From NCBI GenBank assembly GCA_043823435.1, contig JBDRAV010000002.1:1-59754 (forward strand): a DNA stretch of 59,754 nt, written 5' to 3'. Below are positions 45,066 to 53,700 of this stretch, piece by piece; the stretch's first letter is position 1; each line of letters begins with the position of its first letter. A program made the translations under genes and the position numbers. This DNA is from Candidatus Omnitrophota bacterium. GTDB lineage: Bacteria > Omnitrophota > Gorgyraeia > Gygaellales > Profunditerraquicolaceae. Below the pieces are notes generated by a model, which saw nothing but the letters and a program-made list of their open reading frames with translations, was not told the origin of the DNA and ran no database searches.

Positions 45066-45919
45066 AACCTGTGCTCGGGGTTCGGGGTTCGGTTTTCGAT
45101 GAGAACAGAGAACCGAAAGCCAAGAAGCGAGGTAAAGATTTCATAAAGTTTTTAGGCACGGCAGGCGCCCGTTTTGTAATGATAAGGCAACTACGCTCTT
45201 CGGGAGGGATTTGGGTTGCATATAAAGGCACTAACGTATTGATTGACCCGGGTCCGGGGAGCCTGGTGCGTTGTTCATCCAGCAGGCCCAAACTAGACCC
45301 CACCAGATTAGACGCCGTTATAGTTACGCACCGGCACCTTGACCATGTCAATGACGTAAACGTAATGATAGAAGCGATGACCGCAGGCGGTTTTAAAAGA
45401 AGGGGCGTATTGTTCTGTCCCGAAGATGCCATAAATGAAGACCCTGTAATTCTAAAACACGCAAGAAGTCTGTTAGAAAGGATAGAGATATTAGAAGCCA
45501 ATAAGAATTACCGTGTAGATAATTTTGAATTTCAGACTTCCATGAAGCATATTCATCCGGTATCAACTTACGGCCTGAAATTCAACATTCCCGTCAAAGG
45601 CGGGTTTGCCTCGGGCGGAAGGAATACAAGCGTATCCCTGCTTACCGATACCAGATATTTTAAGGAGTTAGCCGATTTTTATAAAACAGACATATTAATT
45701 ATATGTATTGTTTTTTTTGAGCCGCGTCCTGAAGTAGACCATATGTGCCTCATAGATGCAGAGAACCTGATCAGGCAGATAAAACCAAAGAGGGCGATAC
45801 TCACCCATTTCGGTATGAGTATGTTAAGGGCCAAACCTCAGATACAGGCAGCGGAGTTGTCTAATAAATTGGGCATTGAGGTTGTGGCAGCTTATGACGG
45901 CATGACCCTTGAATTTTAG
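45053..45919 (+). CDS. MBL-fold metallo-hydrolase carrying two repeat-derived in-frame insertions
   Basis: FLGTAG, LIDPGPG, VTHRHLDH, LTHFG, AYDG. Confidence 0.85.
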   Translation: MAKVKPVLGVRGSVFDENREPKAKKRGKDFIKFLGTAGARFVMIRQLRSSGGIWVAYKGTNVLIDPGPGSLVRCSSSRPKLDPTRLDAVIVTHRHLDHVNDVNVMIEAMTAGGFKRRGVLFCPEDAINEDPVILKHARSLLERIEILEANKNYRVDNFEFQTSMKHIHPVSTYGLKFNIPVKGGFASGGRNTSVSLLTDTRYFKELADFYKTDILIICIVFFEPRPEVDHMCLIDAENLIRQIKPKRAILTHFGMSMLRAKPQIQAAELSNKLGIEVVAAYDGMTLEF

Positions 45920-46108
45920 CAGGTTCTACGGCAGGTCGCCTTAGAATCAAGGGCCACTTTAATTAATTAAAGTGTACATGGTTACATTCTGTGGCACATT
46001 GCCACAGAATCAAGGAAAAGTTTCATTAATGAAACTTTTCCTTGACATAACCTGATAATTATGATAGAGTTATAAAGAATACAGCAGGAAAATAAAGGAG
46101 GTGACAAG

Positions 46109-46789
46109 ATGAGTGATTGGCAGGTAGTGTTATTAGAACCAGCCAAAATGGTTATGGCCCAGATAGGTAGTTTCTTGGTCAACATACTTTTGGTGTTAAT
46201 TATTCTTATTATCGGCTGGGTTATTGCCAAAATCATCAAAACGCTGATTACAAGACTTTTGGTAGCGGTAAGGCTGGATCAGTTATCCGAGCGCATCGAT
46301 CTGGATAACATACTGGCAAAAGGCGGTATTGCTAATTCTCTTTCCGAGCTGGTAGGCGTAGTATGTTACTGGTTAGTGCTTCTGATTACCTTTGTGATTG
46401 CTATCAATGCTATAGGGCTTACGGTCGCCGCTGATCTCCTGAACAGTGTAATACGTTATGTACCTAATATTATTGCCGCTGTATTTATCCTGATATTAGG
46501 TATGTTTGTGGCTACCTTATTAAGCAGTATAGTCAAAACCACAGCTAATAACGCAGGCCTCTCTCAATCCAAGCTTTTGAGCAAAGCCGTTGAAGTTGTG
46601 GTGCTTGTCTTTGCTATAGTCATGAGCCTGGAGCAGCTTGGTATTGCTTCTAGGATAATAGAGTTAACTATAACCATACTCTTGGCGTCTTTAGGGTTAG
46701 GTGTGGCTTTAGCATTTGGCTTGGGTTGTCGCGACATTGCTGCAAAGTTTGTTTCCGAGCTGGTTGACAGCTTAAAATCAAAGAAGTAA
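46109..46789 (+). CDS. TM-helix repeat protein (CmpX / MscS N-terminal-like)
   Basis: YVPNIIAAVFILILG, LEQLGI, ALAFGLG; TTGACA-17-TAGAGT promoter candidate at 46042-46070. Confidence 0.75.
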   Translation: MSDWQVVLLEPAKMVMAQIGSFLVNILLVLIILIIGWVIAKIIKTLITRLLVAVRLDQLSERIDLDNILAKGGIANSLSELVGVVCYWLVLLITFVIAINAIGLTVAADLLNSVIRYVPNIIAAVFILILGMFVATLLSSIVKTTANNAGLSQSKLLSKAVEVVVLVFAIVMSLEQLGIASRIIELTITILLASLGLGVALAFGLGCRDIAAKFVSELVDSLKSKK

Positions 46790-46813
46790 TAAGGGCAAAT
46801 ATTATAGTCTGTA

Positions 46814-46850
46814 AATTAACCCCCTATCTAGCGGTAGGGGGTTAATTTTT
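46814..46850 (+). terminator. Intrinsic (possibly bidirectional) terminator
   Basis: AATTAACCCCCTA-8nt-TAGGGGGTTAATT plus TTT. Confidence 0.8.
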
Positions 46851-46955
46851 AAGCCGGGCATTGACCGAGGCGGCATAAGGATTTATAGGATGGTTTGACA
46901 TCCTGCTGGAAGCGGCGCCAAAGACACATAAGAGACTCAAGGGATAACCCTTAAT

Positions 46956-49463
46956 ATGCTGCAGAAGATCAAGAAATACTTATTTATATTCGTGCCGCCG
47001 TTATTGGTTCTGGCAGCAAACATTTATTTCCGCGCCTTCCCTATATATTTCCCCCAGTTAAAAGAGAATGCCAGAGATATCCACTATAAGTCTATAGAAG
47101 AGAAGGTATCGCAGGATGTCCACTCCAAATTCGCGCAGTTCAATCCTATTGCCAAGGATAAACTGATAAAGAACAGGGTCGCAGAGTATAAGAAAACTGA
47201 TATCAAGGCAATTAATGAACAGGTCGATGAAGGTTACAGGTATTTAAAGGGCAGATTCCAGGATAATAGCGGGCAGACGTATCTCATGGAACTTGATTGC
47301 TGGCATTGGGCTAGATACGTGAGCAATGTCTTAAGGCTCGGTCATCCAGGGGACAGGGTCGAAAAGGGCAAGCAGATAGACATCTACATGCTTGCGCCGC
47401 TGGGGAGCCCTTTACATTGGGAGCACTCATTATATTATTTCTCTGCCTTTCTTTATAAGGTATTCTCGGTTTTTAAGATCGTGCCGCTTTATACATTCCT
47501 GTTCTATGTCCCTTTATTCTTTTGCGCAGTTTTTATTATCCTTTTGTATGTGTTTGCGTATCGCTACGGCGGGCATCTGGCGGCGATAACCAGCTGCACG
47601 GTGATAGGCCTTTCGCCTATTTTCCTGCATCGCAGCTGCGCCGGGTGGTTTGACAAGGATATTTTAAGTTTAATCTTCCCGTTATTGGTAATATGGTCGT
47701 ATGTTACATCGGCCGGAGCGCAAAATCTAAAAAGAAAAGTATTCTGGGTCTGCGTATCCACTTTCTGGGTGGGCCTCTTCTCTTACACATGGACACACTG
47801 GTGGTTTGTGTTCGCCATCATTATTATTTACGAAATTATATACATAGTTGTCGCTAGCCTGGCGCATTTCTACCTAAAAAAGGATAATCTGGTTGATTTA
47901 AAGGAACACATCATGTCGGTTGTTATTTTTTCTGTATCCGGGATATTGTGGGTGTTGGTTATCTGCGGCCCCGATCCGATAGCAGAGTTATATAAAGCGC
48001 TCCTATTTGCGGTGACGTTGAATAAACCCCTTATAGCTTCCATCTGGCCGAATGTCTATTCTACCGTTGGAGAGTTGAAGAACGTAGGGATAAACGAGAT
48101 GGCTGATTCTGTGGGCAGTATGCAGATATTCGTTATATCTATCTTCAGTCTCCTGGCGTTGTCTGTAATCGCAATTGTAAAGCGCAGATATTTTGGCACG
48201 AGGCGCGACATTATATTTATCCTTGCGATCTGGACCGCGGTCATGCTTTTTGCCAGTACGCGCGGCATAAGATTCGTAATGTTCCTGTCTTTTAGTTTAG
48301 GCATATCCTTGGGGCTGATGATTTCCGAAATCTACAGGTATTTCATAAGAAAGAATAGACTCCCGGCGATTGCGCTGGTGCTTACAGTGTTTGTTATGCT
48401 TAACGTCAGGGTTTTTGAACGGGCCTATGCCGCAGCCAACAATACTTATCCGCTCATAAACGATACCTGGTATAAGGTCCTTAGCCTTATCGGCGAGAAG
48501 ACCCCGGCAGGCACAATAGTAAATTCATGGTGGGACTTCGGGGATTGGTTCAAGGTGATCGCCAGAAGGCCGGTGATATTTGACGGGCAGAGCCAGCATA
48601 CCCCCCAGGCTTACTGGATGGCCAAGGCGATATTATCCACAGATGAAGATAAAGCGGCAAGGATACTACGCATGCTCAATAACGGCGGGAACAGGGCATT
48701 TGAGATTATAAACGGGTATCTCAAGGATCCGTTGCAGTCGGTACTATTGCTGGAGAGCGCCATCGACAATAGCCCGCAGAAGGCGCAGGAAGCGCTTAAC
48801 GATCTTCTGCCCGTACCTTTGACGCAAAACGTAATGCAGCTGCTTTATAATACTCCCGGGAAGGCATGTTTCGTAGTCGAGAATACCATGATCTCGAAGA
48901 TGGCCGCAATTTCTTATCTTGGCAACTGGGATTTTTCCAAGGTATATATAGCTCAGAATATTAATAAGCTGGAAAAAGAGCAGATTATGGAGCGCCTTAG
49001 AGAACTGGGCAGGAATATCGAAGACGCGCAGCGCTATTATCAGGAGATATTCCTGATAAAACCCGATAATCTTGATAATTGGCTTTCTCATAAGGTAGTC
49101 TTTCACGGTGAACCCGCAAGCGGCAGAGTAGAAGACGGTGAGGTCTTTTTCGCGAACGGGTTTATCTATAACCTTAAGAATAAAACCATACGCTCAAGCG
49201 CAGGGAAGGTCCCTTACAGCCTTTTTGTCCTGCAGGGGAGTAAATTTGTCGAAATTGCCTATCCTAACGCGAATACTAAATTCTCCGCCCTTGTGTTCAA
49301 GGCCGATAATGGTTATAAATGCATCTTTCTTGACCGGGAGCTGGCAAAGAGCATGTTTGTACGCCTGTATTTCTTTAATGGCCTGGGCCTGAAACATTTT
49401 TCTCCTCTTCTCGACTCCGAGGAAGGGGGCAATTATATCAGGGTTTTTAACATTAACTGGTAA
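46956..49463 (+). CDS. STT3/AglB/PglB-family oligosaccharyltransferase
   Basis: ELDCWHW, AGWFDKD, YSTVGEL, NSWWDFG, IFDGQSQ; multi-TM core. Confidence 0.88.
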   Translation: MLQKIKKYLFIFVPPLLVLAANIYFRAFPIYFPQLKENARDIHYKSIEEKVSQDVHSKFAQFNPIAKDKLIKNRVAEYKKTDIKAINEQVDEGYRYLKGRFQDNSGQTYLMELDCWHWARYVSNVLRLGHPGDRVEKGKQIDIYMLAPLGSPLHWEHSLYYFSAFLYKVFSVFKIVPLYTFLFYVPLFFCAVFIILLYVFAYRYGGHLAAITSCTVIGLSPIFLHRSCAGWFDKDILSLIFPLLVIWSYVTSAGAQNLKRKVFWVCVSTFWVGLFSYTWTHWWFVFAIIIIYEIIYIVVASLAHFYLKKDNLVDLKEHIMSVVIFSVSGILWVLVICGPDPIAELYKALLFAVTLNKPLIASIWPNVYSTVGELKNVGINEMADSVGSMQIFVISIFSLLALSVIAIVKRRYFGTRRDIIFILAIWTAVMLFASTRGIRFVMFLSFSLGISLGLMISEIYRYFIRKNRLPAIALVLTVFVMLNVRVFERAYAAANNTYPLINDTWYKVLSLIGEKTPAGTIVNSWWDFGDWFKVIARRPVIFDGQSQHTPQAYWMAKAILSTDEDKAARILRMLNNGGNRAFEIINGYLKDPLQSVLLLESAIDNSPQKAQEALNDLLPVPLTQNVMQLLYNTPGKACFVVENTMISKMAAISYLGNWDFSKVYIAQNINKLEKEQIMERLRELGRNIEDAQRYYQEIFLIKPDNLDNWLSHKVVFHGEPASGRVEDGEVFFANGFIYNLKNKTIRSSAGKVPYSLFVLQGSKFVEIAYPNANTKFSALVFKADNGYKCIFLDRELAKSMFVRLYFFNGLGLKHFSPLLDSEEGGNYIRVFNINW

Positions 49464-49465
49464 GG

Positions 49466-49830
49466 ATGAGTAAGGATATAGAAGTTTCGTTAGTCTTGCC
49501 CTGTTTGAATGAAGAAGAGTCTATCGGGGACTCTATCAATAAGATCAGGGGTGAGGGTATTAGCGCAGAGATTATCGTAGCCTATGGCGGTTCTCTAGAG
49601 CGTTACAGGCAGATCGCCTGAGAGCCTGCGTGTTAAGATATTTACCGGGAGCCAGCGGAAGAGGTTACATGGCGGCATACCCGTGCGGCTTAAGAGGAGG
49701 GGGCGAGCGGGAAATATAGAATTATCGCCGATAGCGACTATGCCTATGATTTATATGATATACCAAAATTACTTGAGGCCCTTAAAGAAGGTTGCGGTTT
49801 TGTCATCTGTTTTTTATTGTGCCTTATAAA
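49466..49830 (+). pseudogene. Degraded GT2 (DPM1-like) glycosyltransferase
   Basis: VSLVLPCLNEEESIG; in-frame TGA at 49619; frameshifted RGYMAAY and IIADSDYAYDLYDIPKLLEALKEG fragments. Confidence 0.75.
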
Positions 49831-49953
49831 TACAAGGTCTCTTAGAGCCGTCCCGGTATCTCTTTTGACCTTAACCGTATTTGTATTGGGGTAGTCCTGC
49901 GGATTCATCAGGAAGCTATCGCCCATTCTTAAAAACTTAGAAGGTAAATAAAG

Positions 49954-51405
49954 ATGAAAGTAACTTTTATAATACCCCCGGTTTTAGACGGAACACAGGA
50001 TGTAGACAGATGTTTCGGATGTAACTACAGTATTTACTTTCTTCCGCTCTTGCCGGTTTTATATTCCGCAACCCTGATTAAAGAAAATTCCGAAGAAGTA
50101 TCGATTATTGATTTCGCGGCCCTTAAGAAAACGAAAGCCGATTTTGAAGAATTTATCCGTTGCGATAAATCCGAAGTGTACGTCTTTTATACCGTATTCC
50201 TCTCCCAAAACACGGATATTGCGGCCAGGGATATCATACGCCGCTTGCGCAAGGAGGCGATATTCATTTACAGCGGCCCCCAGGCAACATACAGGCCGCA
50301 GGTATTCCTGGACAAGGAGGATACTTACGCGGTAAGGGGGGAACCGGAGCTGATAATCAATAAACTCGTCGTTGCGTTAGGAAAAAGGCTTCCCGTATCA
50401 GGCATCAATGGTATTTCTTTCCTGCACGAAGGAAAGGTTGTGCACTCTCAACCGGCAGAACTCTTAAAAGATATAGACCGTTTACCAATTCCGGACAGGA
50501 GGCTCCTGGACCATTCGCCTTATTACAATCCGAAATTGCACACCATGCCCCATACCGCGGCATTGACTTCACGCGGATGTTTCGGCCGGTGCTGGTTTTG
50601 CGTTCCCAATTCCCTGTCTTATTCGCAGGAGCTTGAACAGAAGAAATATTTCGGCATGAAGCCGGCACCCAGGATACATTCCGCAGGGAGAGTCATAGAG
50701 GATTTTTCTCGTATCGCTCACTTAGGTTTTAAGTCCATATCGATTATAGACGATCAGTTTCTTTGGGATGAGGAGAGGACATTGGAGATCTGTAACGGCA
50801 TAAAAAATCTTGGGCTTGAATGGTCGTGCCTGTGCCGCCCGGAAAAAATCACTGATAGGTCAGCAAAGGCGATGAAGGAGGCAGGGTGTTCTTACGTCGA
50901 CCTGGGGACGGAGAGTTTTGATGAGGGGGTGCTCAGGTCGATAAAAAAAGATATCAGCCCTCAGTCCACGATAAAGGCAGCAGAGATCCTGAAGAAAAAT
51001 AAAATCAAGATTGAAGTTAACATTCTCTTCGGCGCAAGCCCTCAGGAGACTGAATCCACGATAAGAGAAACCATCCGGCAGGTAAAAAGGTTGAAAGTCG
51101 ATTATGCATTGTTCAGTATCGCCAACCCTTTCCCGGGAACGGAATTTTACCTGGCGGCAAAAGAAAACGGCTGGCTTGCTTACGGAGATTATGTTCCCGT
51201 GGATCCCGGAAAAAGTTCGATCATCTCTTATCCGCATCTTTCCAAGAGGAGATTGGAGCATTTTCTTGCTTACGCATACCTGAGTTATTATTTAGATCCG
51301 CGTTACATTTTCAAGCAAATCAGGCAATTAAAGAACCCGAGGGATTTCCTGAATAAATTCCTGACCGCATGCAATTTTCTCAGGAAGAATTTCCTGAAAA
51401 AGTAG
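49954..51405 (+). CDS. Cobalamin-binding-type radical SAM protein
   Basis: TSRGCFGRCWFC, IIDDQF, LGTES, NPFPGTEFY. Confidence 0.87.
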   Translation: MKVTFIIPPVLDGTQDVDRCFGCNYSIYFLPLLPVLYSATLIKENSEEVSIIDFAALKKTKADFEEFIRCDKSEVYVFYTVFLSQNTDIAARDIIRRLRKEAIFIYSGPQATYRPQVFLDKEDTYAVRGEPELIINKLVVALGKRLPVSGINGISFLHEGKVVHSQPAELLKDIDRLPIPDRRLLDHSPYYNPKLHTMPHTAALTSRGCFGRCWFCVPNSLSYSQELEQKKYFGMKPAPRIHSAGRVIEDFSRIAHLGFKSISIIDDQFLWDEERTLEICNGIKNLGLEWSCLCRPEKITDRSAKAMKEAGCSYVDLGTESFDEGVLRSIKKDISPQSTIKAAEILKKNKIKIEVNILFGASPQETESTIRETIRQVKRLKVDYALFSIANPFPGTEFYLAAKENGWLAYGDYVPVDPGKSSIISYPHLSKRRLEHFLAYAYLSYYLDPRYIFKQIRQLKNPRDFLNKFLTACNFLRKNFLKK

Positions 51406-51710
51406 CTTTCTGTTCTTATCCGGTCTTTACGCTTTAATCCTCAAGGGGTTTAGAAAATAAGAGGCAGGGTATAAGGGGGCCTGATAAGCGGAAAAATGCC
51501 CTGACAGATTATGTGTGGAATGCAAAAGAAGCAGCATAAAAAGCTTATGGAGGATATGTTAAATGGCACCAGGGTTTTTCTTTATGATTCTCGTTAAATA
51601 GGCCTAAAAGGCAGCTGCAGAGTATTATGTGTGCCAGATAGGCGGTTCAACAGTTACAAAGGATACTCCCGGAACATGTAAGCCCAATATGCGCTAGCCA
51701 GTCTCAACGT

Positions 51711-52952
51711 ATGAAGAAATTTTTTATAAAGACTTTTGGATGTCAGATGAATGTGCGGGATTCAGAGATTATCTCGGGTCTGCTTAAGAAAGAGGGATAT
51801 CGGATGTCAGATGACCCAGGCAAGGCCGATATCATAATCTTTAATACCTGTTCGGTCCGCCAGCACGCCGAGGACAAGGTCTGGTCAGAGGTCGGAAGGA
51901 TTAGAAAGTGCGTAGTTCAAAGTCCAAAGTCCATAGATAAAAAACTAAGAACCCTGAACCATGAACCAATAACTAAGCCCATAATTGGGCTTGTAGGCTG
52001 TATGGCTCAAAATTATAAAGAAAAGGTTTTTGAGCGCGCACCAAGCGTAGATTTTGCCGTAGGCCCATCTGATATATATAAAATCCCAGAGATTATTAAG
52101 CGGTTCTCGGTTCTCGGCTCTCGGTTATCGGGAAAGAATATGTTTGAAACAAAGATCTGGGAGACGGACGGTGAGATTAGGCCCGATGAGATTTATCGTA
52201 CCGGTTTCTATGAAGACAAGGAGCATGCCTATGTAGTTATTTCCGAGGGTTGCTCTAATTATTGTTCTTATTGTGTAGTGCCTTTTGTCCGGGGCCAGAT
52301 TCGTAACCGCGGCTATAAAGATATATTAAGAGAGATAGAAGAGGCTGTTGATAAAGGGGTAACCCGTATTACGCTATTGGGCCAGAATGTGAACGCATAT
52401 AAGTCGGGAGCCGGGAGTAAAGAATTATCTATTGGTAACAAGGAATCAGAAGCCGATTTCATAAAGTTATTAGAATTGGTAAATAACATAAAGGGGATAA
52501 AGGAGTTCGGTTTTATTACATCGCATCCTAAAGATACGGGTATCGCCCTTTTTGAAGCTATGGCCGCAGCGGATAAATTAAAGAAATACCTGCACCTTCC
52601 TGCACAATCAGGTTCGGACAGGATCCTTGAAATGATGAACCGTGGTTACACCAGAAATTTTTATTTGGATTTAGTGGATAATTATCGTAGAATTATAAAG
52701 GGGGGCGTTCTCAGTAGCGACGTAATCGTAGGGTTCCCCACGGAAAGGGAAGATGATTTCTGTGATACCCGCGATCTGGTAAAGGCGGTAGAATTCGACG
52801 TTGCATATATTTTTAAATATTCTCCCCGCCCGCATACGGAAGCAGGGAAGCTGGCTGACGACGTAAAAAAAGAAGAAAAGGAAAGAAGGCACGGAATAAT
52901 ACTGGATTTACAGAAAGAGATCTCGCGTAAAAAGAAATGTTCAAGAAGATAA
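51711..52952 (+). CDS. miaB: tRNA-i6A37 methylthiotransferase MiaB with three in-frame insertions; C-terminal TRAM domain apparently absent
   Basis: TFGCQMN, FNTCSVR, GCMAQ, EGCSNYCSYCVVP, LLGQNVNAY, HLPAQSGSD, SDVIVGFP, YSPRPHT. Confidence 0.88.
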   Translation: MKKFFIKTFGCQMNVRDSEIISGLLKKEGYRMSDDPGKADIIIFNTCSVRQHAEDKVWSEVGRIRKCVVQSPKSIDKKLRTLNHEPITKPIIGLVGCMAQNYKEKVFERAPSVDFAVGPSDIYKIPEIIKRFSVLGSRLSGKNMFETKIWETDGEIRPDEIYRTGFYEDKEHAYVVISEGCSNYCSYCVVPFVRGQIRNRGYKDILREIEEAVDKGVTRITLLGQNVNAYKSGAGSKELSIGNKESEADFIKLLELVNNIKGIKEFGFITSHPKDTGIALFEAMAAADKLKKYLHLPAQSGSDRILEMMNRGYTRNFYLDLVDNYRRIIKGGVLSSDVIVGFPTEREDDFCDTRDLVKAVEFDVAYIFKYSPRPHTEAGKLADDVKKEEKERRHGIILDLQKEISRKKKCSRR

Positions 52953-53695
52953 TACCGGCTTTTGCATTTTTGCTCCTGGCAGGCAACGCCTATTGCATGA
53001 GTTTGAGCCAGGCCAAGGCCTATTTTATAAAAGGCGATTATAAGTCCGCGGTGTCGGAAGGCGAAAGGATCCTGGCCGGTTACACCGGGCACCATGATAA
53101 TCTGGATGAATTGTATTATATCTTGGGCTTAGCGTATCTTAAAGACGGGAATTACCTGCGAGCCTCGGATATTTTTGAAATAATACTTGAAGAGTTTAGG
53201 AACAGTTCATTTAAAGACGAGGCAAGATTGGGACTTGGCGATAGTTATTTTCTGAGGGGAGATTATGTCAAGGCACAAAGCTGTTATGAGCTCCTGCTTA
53301 AATCCAGCCCGGGCACGAAACTTAAACCTTTAATTTATTACCGGTTCAGTCAGGTCGGGATCAAAGGAGGGGATACGCGGCAGGCCAAAGAGTATTTAGA
53401 TAAATTGAAGACGGATTTTCCTTATAGTCCCGAAACAAGATTGTATGATGACCTCTACGCCTTTACTGATATTTACTATACGGTCCAGGTAGGTTCTTTC
53501 GTTAATCTTGCCAACGCCAGGAATCTATGCGATAAATTGACAGGCAGAGGATACGACGCATACTTTGAAGAAGCGGATATGAACGGCACGAAAACCTACC
53601 GCGTAAAAGTAGGCAAGCTGAAATCGCGCCAGGACGCAATAGATTTGAAGAGCCGCTTGTCAAGCGACGGCTATCCCACAAAGATAATTCCCTGA
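52937..53695 (+). CDS. Periplasmic TPR (CpoB/BamD-like) plus SPOR domain protein
   Basis: Signal peptide; TPR helices; YTVQVGSF..LANA...YRVKVG. Confidence 0.82.
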   Translation: MFKKIIPAFAFLLLAGNAYCMSLSQAKAYFIKGDYKSAVSEGERILAGYTGHHDNLDELYYILGLAYLKDGNYLRASDIFEIILEEFRNSSFKDEARLGLGDSYFLRGDYVKAQSCYELLLKSSPGTKLKPLIYYRFSQVGIKGGDTRQAKEYLDKLKTDFPYSPETRLYDDLYAFTDIYYTVQVGSFVNLANARNLCDKLTGRGYDAYFEEADMNGTKTYRVKVGKLKSRQDAIDLKSRLSSDGYPTKIIP

Positions 53696-53700
53696 TAATA

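Noticed and set aside
49744-49926. Minus-strand 60-aa ORF
   Set aside because: Antisense shadow of the GT2 pseudogene, with no RBS or motif
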